From an uncultured Chloroflexia bacterium (lineage in GTDB: Bacteria; Chloroflexota; Limnocylindria; Limnocylindrales; CSP1-4): a DNA stretch of 64,000 nucleotides. The stretch is from the NCBI GenBank assembly GCA_963776285.1, contig CAVZLW010000003.1, forward strand, positions 312,129-376,128, written 5' to 3'. The notes below the pieces were generated by a model. The model saw only the letters and a program-made list of their open reading frames with translations. It had not been told where the DNA came from and made no database searches. Shown one piece after another: positions 39,899-49,416 of this stretch (position 1 is the stretch's first letter; each line of letters starts with the position of its first letter). A program made the translations under genes and the position numbers.

Positions 39899-40237
39899 GT
39901 GGGAGCGCCGCTGCTAGCGTCGCACATCGTGATCAGGGACGCCGTCATCCACATCATGAACGAGCAGCCTCTTCTGGCGGACCTGGCGGAGATCCCGTCG
40001 CCGGGCGACATCGCCCTGGTGTGCACGAACCTCCGCACCAGGAACGGGAAGCGCCCGATCTTCGTGGACGCGGTCGGGTCGACCTTCGTCTTCCCCTACG
40101 CCCAGATCCGCTTCGTCGAGATCCCCCAGGGGACGTCGGCTCGACGGGACGAGCCCCTCGCCCTTCCCGTCCTCGCCGACGAGCCCGACGAGATCGAGCT
40201 CGACGAGGAGCTGCTGCGGCGCGTCCGCGAGCTCTGA
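39899..40237 (+). CDS. hypothetical protein (112 aa)
   Basis: Non-arginine-rich composition (…VIHIMNEQPLLADLAEIPSPGDIALVCTNLRTRNGKRPIFVDAVGSTFVFPYAQIRFVEIP…). Fits tightly between dprA and topA. No family recognised. Confidence 0.4.
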   Translation: MGAPLLASHIVIRDAVIHIMNEQPLLADLAEIPSPGDIALVCTNLRTRNGKRPIFVDAVGSTFVFPYAQIRFVEIPQGTSARRDEPLALPVLADEPDEIELDEELLRRVREL

Positions 40238-40358
40238 CTCGAGCATCCGGGCGCCTGGCCCCACGGCCGGCGGGGCGGCGCTGCATGCGCTCGCGCGGGC
40301 GCGGCGGCGAAGCCGCGAAGCGCTGGGGAGCCGGATCCCGGTGCTAGACTCGGGCGCC

Positions 40359-42782
40359 ATGAGTCGAAATCTCGTGATCGTCGAGTCGCCGGCCAAGGCG
40401 AAGACGATCGAGCGCTACCTGGGGCCGGGCTATGCCGTGCTCGCTTCGTACGGCCACGTGCGCGACCTCCCGGAGAACCCGGGGAAGGGAAAGTTCGGGG
40501 TCGACGTCGACCACGACTTCACGCCCGAGTACGTCATCCCGGACGAGCGGACGCGGCGGCATGTCGGTGCCATCGAGAAGGCCGCGCGCTCGGCCGACCG
40601 GATCTACCTGGCGACCGACCTGGACCGGGAAGGCGAGGCGATTGCCTGGCACGTCGCCGAAGCTGCCTCCCTCCCGGCCGGCAAGCTGGCCCGGGTCACG
40701 TTCAGCGAGATCACCAGGCCGGCCATCCAGGAAGCATTCGCCCACCCGCGCGACATCAACCGCGACCTCGTCGACGCGCAGCAGGCGCGCCGGATCGTCG
40801 ACCGCCTCGTCGGATACACGTTGAGCCCGCTCATCTCCAGGAAGGTCCGCGCCGGGTTGTCGGCCGGGCGCGTCCAGTCCGTGGCCGTGCGCCTCGTGGT
40901 CGAGCGGGAGCGCGAGATCGGGGCGTTCGTGGCACGCGAGTACTGGACGATCGTGGCGCGACTGCTGGCTCCGGACGGAACGCCGTTCGATGCCGATCTG
41001 CTGCGGATCGACGGTGAGAAGCCCGAGATCGGCGACGGCGCGACGGCCGACGCCCACGTGCGCGCCCTGGCGGAGAGCCGGCCGGTCGTCGGCGAGGTCG
41101 GCACGCGGAGGAGCAAGCGGAGCCCGGCCCCGCCGTTCACGACGTCGACCCTCCAGCAGGAGGCGAGCCGGAAGCTCGGGTTCAGCCCGAAACGCACGAT
41201 GGGCGTGGCCCAGCGGCTCTACGAGGGCGTGGAGACGCCCGACGGGCAGGTCGGGCTCATCACCTACATGCGGACGGACTCGGTTGCCATGGCCGGCCAG
41301 GCGCTCGGCGAGGCGCGCGAGGTGATCGCCGCCCGGTTCGGGGCCGCCTACACGATGCCCAAGGGTCGGGTCTACCGAACCAAGTCGCGCAGCGCCCAGG
41401 AGGCGCACGAGGCGATCCGGCCCACCTCCTTTGCCCGGGACCCGGAGGCCCTCGCGGCCCACCTCGGTCGCGACGAGGCGCGGCTCTACCGCCTCATCTG
41501 GCAGCGGGCCCTGGCCAGCCAGATGAAGGAGAAGGCCCTCGAGACGACGACCGTCGATCTCACGGCCGGCTCGTATGGTCTGCGCGCGACGGCGACGCGG
41601 ACGCTCTTCGACGGGTTCGCGGCCGTCTACACGGAGGGCCGCGACGACAGCGAGGACGAGGCCGAGCGCACGCTCCCGACCCTGCGCGTCGGCGACGTCA
41701 CGAGCGTCGCGGAGGTCGTGCCGACGCAGCACTTCACCGAGCCGCCGCCGCGCTACACGGAAGCCAGCCTGGTGAAGGCACTCGAGGAGAACGGCGTCGG
41801 CCGGCCCTCGACCTACGCGGCGACGATCTCCACGATCGTGGACCGCGGCTACGTCGCGATCCGGGAACGGCGCCTGTATCCGGAGCCCGTCGCCGAGATC
41901 GTGACGGACCTGCTGGTGACTCACTTCGGCGCCTATGTCGACCTCGAGTTCACGGCGCGGATGGAGGAGGAGCTCGACGAGGTCGCCCGCGGCGAGCGCG
42001 CCTGGGTGCCGCTGCTGCAGGCGTTCTACGACCCGTTGCGGCTCCTTGTCGAGACGAAGCGCCGCGAGCTAAGGCGCGCCGACTTCACGACCGAGCCGAC
42101 GGACGAGGTCTGCTCCCTTGGCCACCCGATGGTGATCCGCCTGGGGAGGAACGGCCGCTTTCTCGCCTGCAGCCTGTTCCCCGAGCACAAGGAGTCGCGG
42201 CCCATCCCCGGCGAGGAGCCCGAGGCCCCGGCGCTGCCCGGGGTGGGGGAGCCGTGTCCCGCCTGTGGCGCCACGGACGGCGGGGAGCTCGTCGGCAAGC
42301 GCGGTCGCTTCGGGGCGTTCGTCGGCTGCAATCGCTACCCGGCCTGCGATTACATCAAGAAGGACGGCCCGCCACCGCCGGAGCAGCTCCCGTTCACGGC
42401 GGCGTGCCCGACCTGTCACGCCGGCCACCTGGTGGCGCGGCGGGCGCGCCGCAGCGGATCGGTCTTCTGGGGCTGCTCGCGGTACCCGACCTGCCGCTTC
42501 ACGACCTCGCGAGAGCCGCTGGGACCGGTCCACGAGCCGGATGGCGCGCCGCTGGCGCGGGTGGACGCGGACTCCGCACTGTGCCTCGGGTGCGGCGCCA
42601 CGGTGCCGCTGGCCGGGGAGTCCCTGGAGCCCGGGAGCCGAATCACCGGCGGGACCCCGGATCCCGCGGCCCTTGCCCGGCCGGCACGGCCTCGCGCCGC
42701 CGGCCGCGGGAGAACCACGGCCGGCTCGGGCCGGCCCCGCGGCGCCGGGACCTCGCGGGTCCGGGCGGCGCGCCCCGCGTGA
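40359..42782 (+). CDS. topA: DNA topoisomerase I with C-terminal Cys4 zinc-ribbon repeats
   Basis: LVIVESPAKAKTIERYLG (Toprim), ...SYGHVRDLPE..., catalytic Tyr region ...LITYMRTDS... C-terminal CPACGA...CNRYPAC and CPTCHAG...CSRYPTC. Confidence 0.9.
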   Translation: MSRNLVIVESPAKAKTIERYLGPGYAVLASYGHVRDLPENPGKGKFGVDVDHDFTPEYVIPDERTRRHVGAIEKAARSADRIYLATDLDREGEAIAWHVAEAASLPAGKLARVTFSEITRPAIQEAFAHPRDINRDLVDAQQARRIVDRLVGYTLSPLISRKVRAGLSAGRVQSVAVRLVVEREREIGAFVAREYWTIVARLLAPDGTPFDADLLRIDGEKPEIGDGATADAHVRALAESRPVVGEVGTRRSKRSPAPPFTTSTLQQEASRKLGFSPKRTMGVAQRLYEGVETPDGQVGLITYMRTDSVAMAGQALGEAREVIAARFGAAYTMPKGRVYRTKSRSAQEAHEAIRPTSFARDPEALAAHLGRDEARLYRLIWQRALASQMKEKALETTTVDLTAGSYGLRATATRTLFDGFAAVYTEGRDDSEDEAERTLPTLRVGDVTSVAEVVPTQHFTEPPPRYTEASLVKALEENGVGRPSTYAATISTIVDRGYVAIRERRLYPEPVAEIVTDLLVTHFGAYVDLEFTARMEEELDEVARGERAWVPLLQAFYDPLRLLVETKRRELRRADFTTEPTDEVCSLGHPMVIRLGRNGRFLACSLFPEHKESRPIPGEEPEAPALPGVGEPCPACGATDGGELVGKRGRFGAFVGCNRYPACDYIKKDGPPPPEQLPFTAACPTCHAGHLVARRARRSGSVFWGCSRYPTCRFTTSREPLGPVHEPDGAPLARVDADSALCLGCGATVPLAGESLEPGSRITGGTPDPAALARPARPRAAGRGRTTAGSGRPRGAGTSRVRAARPA

Positions 42783-43756
42783 ACGGCGAGGAGGCCCTCG
42801 AGCGTTACCTGGCGAGCCTCGCCGCCCGCGACGCCTCCCCGCACACGCGTCGCGCCTACGCCACGGCCATCGCCGCCTACCTCGCCTGGCTCGACGGCGC
42901 CGGGATCGAGTGGCGGGCACCGGATCGGGCCGGGCTTCGTCGGTACCTCGCCGACCTGTCCGAGGGGCACGCCCGCACGACGGTGGCGCAGCGGCTCGCG
43001 GCGATCCGCTCCTTCCACCGCTGGGCGCGCCGGTCGGGCCTCACCGCCAGCGACCCCTGGGCTGCCCTCGCGACGCCACGCCGGGCTCGGCGGCTGCCCG
43101 CCGTGCTCTCTAGCGACGAGGTCGAGCGCCTGCTCGCCGCGGCCGCGGTCGAGCCGGCCGGCGCGGCGCCCACGGGGGTCGGCCACGCTGCCGCCGACCC
43201 GACGGCCGTGCGGCACGCCCTGGCCCTGCGCGACGTCGCCCTCGTGGAGATGGCGTATGCGGCGGGCCTCCGGATCTCCGAGCTGGCGGCCGTGCGACTG
43301 GGCTCCCTGGACCTCGCCCGGGGCGAGGTGCGCGTCTCGGGAAAGGGTCGCAAGGAGCGCCTGAGCCTCCTCGGGCGCCCGGCCTGCGCGGCCCTCGCCC
43401 GGTACCTGGACGACGGGCGTCCCGTGCTCCTGGCGCGTGGCGTTGCCGACCCACGCCGGGCCGACGCCCTGTTCCTCAACCAGCGGGGGGCGCCCCTGGG
43501 AGCCCGTGGGATCCGGTACCGGATGCACCGGGCAGGCGTCCGGGCCGGGCTGCCCGACGACGCGTCGCCGCACACGTTGCGCCACTCCTTCGCCACGCAC
43601 CTGCTCGACGGCGGCGCCGACCTGCGCGTCGTCCAGGAGCTGCTGGGTCACGCCGACCTCGCCACGACGCAGGTCTACACCCACGTCGCGCCGGCACGTC
43701 TGCGGAGCGTCTACCGCCGCGCGCACCCGCGCGCGGGCGGCACGGAGCCCGGGTGA
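42779..43756 (+). CDS. xerC: tyrosine site-specific recombinase XerC/XerD
   Basis: GTG 42779 (GTGA overlap with the topA stop). ...LEMAYAAGLRISELAAVR..., ...HTLRHSFATHLLDGGADLRVVQELLGHADLATTQVYTHV (R-H-R-Y catalytic signature). Confidence 0.8.
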   Translation: MNGEEALERYLASLAARDASPHTRRAYATAIAAYLAWLDGAGIEWRAPDRAGLRRYLADLSEGHARTTVAQRLAAIRSFHRWARRSGLTASDPWAALATPRRARRLPAVLSSDEVERLLAAAAVEPAGAAPTGVGHAAADPTAVRHALALRDVALVEMAYAAGLRISELAAVRLGSLDLARGEVRVSGKGRKERLSLLGRPACAALARYLDDGRPVLLARGVADPRRADALFLNQRGAPLGARGIRYRMHRAGVRAGLPDDASPHTLRHSFATHLLDGGADLRVVQELLGHADLATTQVYTHVAPARLRSVYRRAHPRAGGTEPG

Positions 43757-45327
43757 CGGGCACCACCCGCGACCTGGCACGGGCAGGCATGCTCGTCACG
43801 GGAGGCTTGTTCGTCTCGCGCGTCCTTGGCTGGGTGCGCGTGGCCGCCATCGCGGCCAGCCTGGGGATCACGCGCGAGCTCGACATCTACACGGCCGCTT
43901 TCCGGATCCCGGACTTCCTGTTCCAGCTCGTCGCGGCCGGCGCGCTGGCGTCGGCCGTCATCCCCACGATCGCCGCCCTCGTCGCGGCCGGCCAGACCGA
44001 CCGGGCGTGGCGGGTCGTCTCGACGATCGCCAACCTGCTCCTGGTCCTGCTGGCGGTGCTGGCGCTCGTGACGTTCATCGCCGCTCCTCTCATCGCTCCT
44101 CTCATCGCGCCGGGGTTCAATGCGGCAGACACCGAGCAGCTCGTCGTGCTCACCCGCATCCTCCTCCTCAGCCCGATCTTCCTGGCCCTCGCTGCCGTGG
44201 CCACGAGCATCCTCAACGCGACCGGGCGCTTCGCCGCCTCCGTCGCGGCGCCCATGGCCTACAACCTGGTGGTCATCGGCGCGGCAATCTTCCTCGTGCC
44301 GACGTTCGGCCTGCCGGGCCTTGCCTGGGGCACGGTCGCTGCGGCCGCGGTCACCTTCCTGGTCCAGCTCGGGCCAGTCTTCCGCCAGGTCGGGTTCACG
44401 TTCACGCCGCAGATCGACCTCCGCGACGCCGAGGCGCGGCGGACGCTGATCCTCCTGGTGCCGCGGGCCATCGGGATGGCGGGCAGCCAGCTCACGCTGC
44501 TCATGCTCACGATCCTCGGCTCGACGCTGGCCGCCGGGTCGATCGGCGCCTTCGGGCTCGCGTTCGTCATCTTCCAGATCCCGCTCGGGACGATCGCGTA
44601 CCCTCTCGGCATCGTGGCCCTGCCGGCGCTTTCCCAGCGTGTCGCCGCCGGCGCGATCGCCGAGTACGTGGACATGGTGACCCGTGCCCTGCGGCTCCTG
44701 GGGTTCGCGATGCTGCCGCTGGCCTGCATCGCGGCCGGCGTGGCCCTGCAGGTCGTGGACCTGGTCGTCGACTTCGGACGCGTCGAGCAGTCCGGGCTCG
44801 ACCTCATCGGATCCGCCTTCCTGGGGCTCCTCCCCGCGCTCCCGCCGGAGGCCATGATCATCGTGCTCTCCCGGGCGTTCTTCGCCGACCGCAACACGGC
44901 GATCCCCGTGGGCGCCGCGCTCGTCTCGGTCGTGGTTGCCGTCCTCACGGCGGCACTGCTCATCGGCCCGCTGGGGATCTTCGGGCTCGCGCTCGGCCTG
45001 TCGGTCGCGTCGTGGGTGGAGGCGATCCTCCTGCTCGTCGCTTTCCGGGTCCGCCACAGCGGCTTCGGCCTCCTGCGCCTCGGGCGGGCCCACCTCTGGT
45101 ATCTCGCCGCTGCGGTCGTGGCGGGACTCGTCGCGGATCGCGCGTACGACGTCCTGGCCGCCATGCTCCCGGCACATCCGGGTGCCGGCCTGGCGGCCCT
45201 GGCACTGGTCGGAGTCGGGGTGATCGGCCTTGCCGTCTACGTGGCCCTGGCCGCCCTGTTCCGGGTCCCGGAGCTGGGCTTCACCGCGCGCCTCGTGCGA
45301 GCGGGCCTCCGGCGGGGGCCCGCGTGA
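43753..45327 (+). CDS. murJ: lipid II flippase MurJ (MviN)
   Basis: GTG 43753 (GTGA overlap). 14-TM profile with characteristic ...AAFRIPDFLFQLVAAGALASAVIP... N-terminus. Confidence 0.85.
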   Translation: MTGTTRDLARAGMLVTGGLFVSRVLGWVRVAAIAASLGITRELDIYTAAFRIPDFLFQLVAAGALASAVIPTIAALVAAGQTDRAWRVVSTIANLLLVLLAVLALVTFIAAPLIAPLIAPGFNAADTEQLVVLTRILLLSPIFLALAAVATSILNATGRFAASVAAPMAYNLVVIGAAIFLVPTFGLPGLAWGTVAAAAVTFLVQLGPVFRQVGFTFTPQIDLRDAEARRTLILLVPRAIGMAGSQLTLLMLTILGSTLAAGSIGAFGLAFVIFQIPLGTIAYPLGIVALPALSQRVAAGAIAEYVDMVTRALRLLGFAMLPLACIAAGVALQVVDLVVDFGRVEQSGLDLIGSAFLGLLPALPPEAMIIVLSRAFFADRNTAIPVGAALVSVVVAVLTAALLIGPLGIFGLALGLSVASWVEAILLLVAFRVRHSGFGLLRLGRAHLWYLAAAVVAGLVADRAYDVLAAMLPAHPGAGLAALALVGVGVIGLAVYVALAALFRVPELGFTARLVRAGLRRGPA

Positions 45328-46424
45328 GCGGGCCCGGCGGCGCGCCCGACCTGCGGCGGGACGCCGCCGCATGGGACGCCTTCGTCGAGGGCACCGAGCA
45401 GGGGTCGTACCTCCAGCTCGACGGCTGGGCACGGGTCAAGGCGCCGAACGGCTGGGTCGCTCGGCGTGTCGTGGCGGGCGCAGCGGGGGAGCGGATCGGG
45501 CTCCAGGTGCTGCTCCGCAGGCCTCGGCCCCTGCCGTGGTCCTTTGCCTACGCGCCTCGCGGACCCGTCGCCGAGGCCTGGACCGCGGCGTCGATCTCCG
45601 CGCTCACGGCGGCCCTGCGAGCCGCGAGCGCGGAGCTCGGGCGGGTCTCACATGTCCGGGTGGATCCGGAGGTGGAGGCCGACGGGCCGGACGATCCGGG
45701 CGGAGCGCTCCGCTCCGCGTTCGAGAGTGCCGGCTGGCAACCCGCCGCCTCGGTCCAGCCCCCGACGAGCCGGGTCGTCGACCTCGCTCCCGACGAGGAC
45801 GTGCTCTGGTCGGGCCTGCGCAAGAAGTGGCGCCAGTACGTGAACAAGGCGCGGGCCAACGCAGTGACGGTCCTGGAGCTGCCCGGGGATCCGATCCGGC
45901 CCTTCTACGAGATCTACCGGGAGACCGCGCAGCGGGCGGGGTTCCTGATCCGCGTCGAGCAGGCCTATCGCGACGTCTACGAGGCCTTCGCTCCCGCAGG
46001 CAGGGCCCGGATCCTCTTCGCGGTGGGACCCGACGGCGCCCCTCTGGCCAGCCTCTTCCTCGTCCGCTGCGGGCGGCGCGTCGTCGAGCCGTACGGAGGC
46101 ATGACCGAGGTCGGCGCCGAGCTGCGGGCCAACTACCTGCTCAAGTGGGAGGCGATCCGGCGTGCCCGCGAGGAGGGGGCGGTGGCGTACGACCTTTGGG
46201 GCCTGGCGCACCCGGGGATCGCGCACTTCAAGGCCGGCTTCGGGGGACGCGAGATCCGCTACGTCGGCGGCTGGGACCTGGTCCTGGATCCGCTCGGCCG
46301 GCGCATCTACGACACCGCCCAGCGGGGGCGCGTCCGGTGGGCCCGGGCCCGGGCGGGGCTCGGGCCCGGCTCGACCGGCGCCACCTCCGGGCCGGCCGCA
46401 AGCGACGGCGGGGACGTGGGATGA
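45324..46424 (+). CDS. FemAB/FemX-family peptidoglycan-bridge aminoacyl transferase, paralog 1
   Basis: GTG 45324 (GTGA overlap). ...YLQLDGWARVKAPNGW..., ...RKKWRQYVNKARANAV..., ...ANYLLKWEAIRRAREEGAVAYDLWGL... (Fem-family GNAT-fold signature). Confidence 0.75.
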   Translation: MSGPGGAPDLRRDAAAWDAFVEGTEQGSYLQLDGWARVKAPNGWVARRVVAGAAGERIGLQVLLRRPRPLPWSFAYAPRGPVAEAWTAASISALTAALRAASAELGRVSHVRVDPEVEADGPDDPGGALRSAFESAGWQPAASVQPPTSRVVDLAPDEDVLWSGLRKKWRQYVNKARANAVTVLELPGDPIRPFYEIYRETAQRAGFLIRVEQAYRDVYEAFAPAGRARILFAVGPDGAPLASLFLVRCGRRVVEPYGGMTEVGAELRANYLLKWEAIRRAREEGAVAYDLWGLAHPGIAHFKAGFGGREIRYVGGWDLVLDPLGRRIYDTAQRGRVRWARARAGLGPGSTGATSGPAASDGGDVG

Positions 46425-47611
46425 GCAGCGTCGCCGGTTCGTCCGGGGTCTCGATCCCGTCCCTGCGCGTGCTGCGCGAGGCGGCCCCCACGGAGCTCGC
46501 GGGCTGGGACGCCCGGACCGTGGACACGCCGGGAGGCGACGTGCAGCAGTCCCTCGCCTGGGCCGCCCACCGCGAGCGGACGGGCTGGGAAGCGCACCGG
46601 CTCCTGCTCGACGACGGTTCGGCTGCCCTGGTGCTCGGCCGCAGATGGGGTCCGCTCGGAGGTGGCCGGGCCTACGTCCCGAAGGGACCCGTCGCCGCAG
46701 GAGCCGCGCCAACTGTCGTCGCGGCACGCCTCGACGCGATCGCGGCATGGGCGAGGGGCGCCGGCTTCGACGTCGTGACGGCCGACCCGGAGATCCCGGC
46801 CGCGAGCGGGTTTCCCGGCCTCCTCGCCGGGCTCGGCTTCCGGCTGGTGGAGGAGGTCGGGCCGTCGCGCCACCGGGTCGGCGTCCCGATCCCGGCCGAT
46901 GCAGACGATCGGACCCTGCTCGACGGGATCACCCCGAAGACTCGCCAGCAGCTCCTCGCCGCAGACCGCCGCGGCGTGCGGGTCGTCCGCTACGACGCCC
47001 GGGCCGGCGCGAGCGCGGTGCCGGGCCTGGAGGATCATGGCACCGGTGGCGTCGACGATGCGACCGGCGAGGCGTTCGCGCGATTCCACGGCATCCTCGT
47101 CGCCACCAGCGAGCGGCGCGGCTTTCGCGTGGGCAGCCAGCCCGTGGCTCTCGCCTGGTGGCGTGCCGCCCTCGAGGCCGGCCACCTGCTGCTCCTCGAA
47201 GCACGGGGGACGGAGAACGAGATCATCGGGGCAGCGATCTTCTACCGGCACGGCGACCGTCTCACGTACAGCCACTCTGGCGACGTGGCTGCCATGCGCT
47301 CCGTCTACCCGGGCAGCATGGGACTCATCCTGTGGCGGGCGCTGCAGTTGGCCGTCCGGGAGGGTCGCGGCGAGCTCGACCTGGGCGGCGTCGACGTGCG
47401 CGGGGCGCGGCGCGAGCCGCAGCCCGGCGAGCCAACCTACGGGCTGCTGAAGTTCAAGCAGTCGTTCGGCGGCCGCTGGATCGAGCAATCCGGGACGCAC
47501 GAGCGAGTCCTGCGGCGCGCTCGCCACGCGGTTGCCACCGGCGCCCAGCGCGCGTCGAGGGCGGTCAGGACCGCGACGGGCGCCGTGCGTCGCCCGGGTC
47601 GAACGTCGTGA
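46421..47611 (+). CDS. FemAB/FemX-family peptidoglycan-bridge aminoacyl transferase, paralog 2
   Basis: ATG 46421 (ATGA overlap). ...VQQSLAWAAHRERTGWEA..., ...HSGDVAAMRSVYPGSMGLILWRALQLAVREGRGELDLGGVD... Confidence 0.75.
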   Translation: MSSVAGSSGVSIPSLRVLREAAPTELAGWDARTVDTPGGDVQQSLAWAAHRERTGWEAHRLLLDDGSAALVLGRRWGPLGGGRAYVPKGPVAAGAAPTVVAARLDAIAAWARGAGFDVVTADPEIPAASGFPGLLAGLGFRLVEEVGPSRHRVGVPIPADADDRTLLDGITPKTRQQLLAADRRGVRVVRYDARAGASAVPGLEDHGTGGVDDATGEAFARFHGILVATSERRGFRVGSQPVALAWWRAALEAGHLLLLEARGTENEIIGAAIFYRHGDRLTYSHSGDVAAMRSVYPGSMGLILWRALQLAVREGRGELDLGGVDVRGARREPQPGEPTYGLLKFKQSFGGRWIEQSGTHERVLRRARHAVATGAQRASRAVRTATGAVRRPGRTS

Positions 47612-49302
47612 GCGAGCCGCGAGATGACATGGACCGGAGTGCGGTAGGCGACCGTGGGCGCCCCGAGGGGCGTGCGGTGAGCGACGGTGAGGACGCGGCC
47701 CTGCGAGCGGCACTCGTGGCGGCGGAGCCTGGCGGCAGCCGTCCGCTCGGAGAGCTGGCAGGGCGGCTCGCGGCCGCCGGGCGCCTGCGCGGGCCCATGT
47801 CGCCAGGTGCCGTGGACCGCCCGGTCCACGGCATCGCCTACGACTCGCGGCGCGTCGTGCCCGGCGGGCTCTTCGTCGCCGTTCCCGGTGCCCACGTCGA
47901 CGGGCACGCGTTCGTCGGACGGGCCGTCGCGCGCGGCGCCGTGGCGGTCGTCGTGGAACGGCCGCAGCGGGACGCCGGGACTGCCGTCCAGCTCGTCGTC
48001 GACCGCAGCCAGCACGCCCTGGCCGTCGTCGCGGCGTGGTGGTACGGCGACCCCGGGCGCGCGCTGGGCGTCGTCGGGATCACGGGCACCGACGGGAAGA
48101 CGACGACGGCCGGCATGGCCGTCGCGGCCCTCGAGGCAGCCGGGGTCCGGACCGGGCTCGTCAGCACTGCCGAGCACAAGATCGGGCCCCTCCGGGCGGC
48201 GACGCCCGCCCATGTCACGACACCCGAGGCGCCGGAGCTGCAGCTCGCGCTGCGGGCGATGGTCGAGGCCGGGGACGCCGCTGCCGTCGTGGAGTCCACG
48301 TCCCACGGGCTGGCCCTGGAGCGGGTCGGCGAGATCCCCTTCGACGTGGCCATCTTCACCAACCTCAGCCATGAGCACCTCGAGTTCCACGGGACCTACG
48401 CGGCCTATCGGGCAGCGAAGCGGTCGCTCTTCGAGCGCCTGGCAGAAGCGCCGGGCCGCCCCGCAACCCGGCCGTCCCTCCCGGGCCGGCGGGCGTGGCC
48501 CCGCGGAGGCATCGTCAACGCCGACGACGTCGAGGCGCCGGTCTTCGCGGCGGCAACCCGCGATGCCGGAGCGCGACTCGTCACGTACGGCGCCGCCGAC
48601 CACGCCGACGTGCGTCTCCACCACGTGGCGGAATCGGCCGCGGGCCTCCGGGTCGAGGCGGCCACGCCGCGCGGATCGCTGCACGTCACGCTTCCCCTCG
48701 TGGGTCGCTTCAACGTCCCCAACGCGCTGGCCGCCGTCGCACTTGGGGAGCTGCTCGAGCTCGACGCCGCGGCCGTGAGCAGCGGGCTGGCCGGGTTCCG
48801 GGGCGTCCGCGGGCGCATGGAGCGCGTCGACCGGGGACAGCCGTTCGGGGTGGTCGTCGACTACGCCCACACGCCGGCGTCGCTCGCGACCGCCCTCGAC
48901 GTCCTCGCCCCGCTGGTCTCGGGCCGCGGCGGGCTGATCGCCGTCTTCGGGTCGGCTGGCGAGCGGGACGTCGCGAAGCGGGCCATCCAGGGGCGCGTCG
49001 CCGGGGAGCGCTGCCGGCTCGTCGTCGTCACCGACGAGGACCCGCGGGGCGAGGACCCGGAGCTGATCCTGGCCCAGATCGCCGGCGGCGCGGAGGAGGC
49101 GGGCCTGCGGCGCGGCGACAGCCTCCTCCTGATCCCGGACCGGGAGGAAGCCATCCGGGCCGCATTCTCCCGGGCTCACGAGGGCGACGTCGTCCTGCTG
49201 GCCGGCAAGGGCCACGAGCGGAGCATCCTGTACGCGGACCACGAACGGCCGTGGGACGAGCGGACCGTCGCCGAGCGACTCCTGGCCGAGCTCGCCCGCT
49301 AG
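47608..49302 (+). CDS. murE: UDP-N-acetylmuramoyl-L-alanyl-D-glutamate--diamino-acid ligase MurE
   Basis: GTG 47608 (GTGA overlap; alternative ATG 47629). ...GITGTDGKTTT..., ...TSHGL..., ...DYAHTP..., ...VFGSAGERD..., C-terminal ...LAGKGHE... Confidence 0.85.
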   Translation: MSEPRDDMDRSAVGDRGRPEGRAVSDGEDAALRAALVAAEPGGSRPLGELAGRLAAAGRLRGPMSPGAVDRPVHGIAYDSRRVVPGGLFVAVPGAHVDGHAFVGRAVARGAVAVVVERPQRDAGTAVQLVVDRSQHALAVVAAWWYGDPGRALGVVGITGTDGKTTTAGMAVAALEAAGVRTGLVSTAEHKIGPLRAATPAHVTTPEAPELQLALRAMVEAGDAAAVVESTSHGLALERVGEIPFDVAIFTNLSHEHLEFHGTYAAYRAAKRSLFERLAEAPGRPATRPSLPGRRAWPRGGIVNADDVEAPVFAAATRDAGARLVTYGAADHADVRLHHVAESAAGLRVEAATPRGSLHVTLPLVGRFNVPNALAAVALGELLELDAAAVSSGLAGFRGVRGRMERVDRGQPFGVVVDYAHTPASLATALDVLAPLVSGRGGLIAVFGSAGERDVAKRAIQGRVAGERCRLVVVTDEDPRGEDPELILAQIAGGAEEAGLRRGDSLLLIPDREEAIRAAFSRAHEGDVVLLAGKGHERSILYADHERPWDERTVAERLLAELAR

Positions 49303-49416
49303 GTTCGGGAGCCCCGCGGGCGGAATCGGCACGCCGATCGCACACCCGGCCGGGCCGGCGCCCTGCGGGGCCTCCGGTCGGGGCAGCGCCGCGGCCCTGC
49401 TATCCTCGCCGGACCG

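Noticed and set aside
45230-46420. N-terminal 397 codons of ORF 45230..47611
   Set aside because: Arginine-rich and out of frame with the first FemX-like gene (45324..46424). Only the portion from ATG 46421 is a genuine Fem-family protein.
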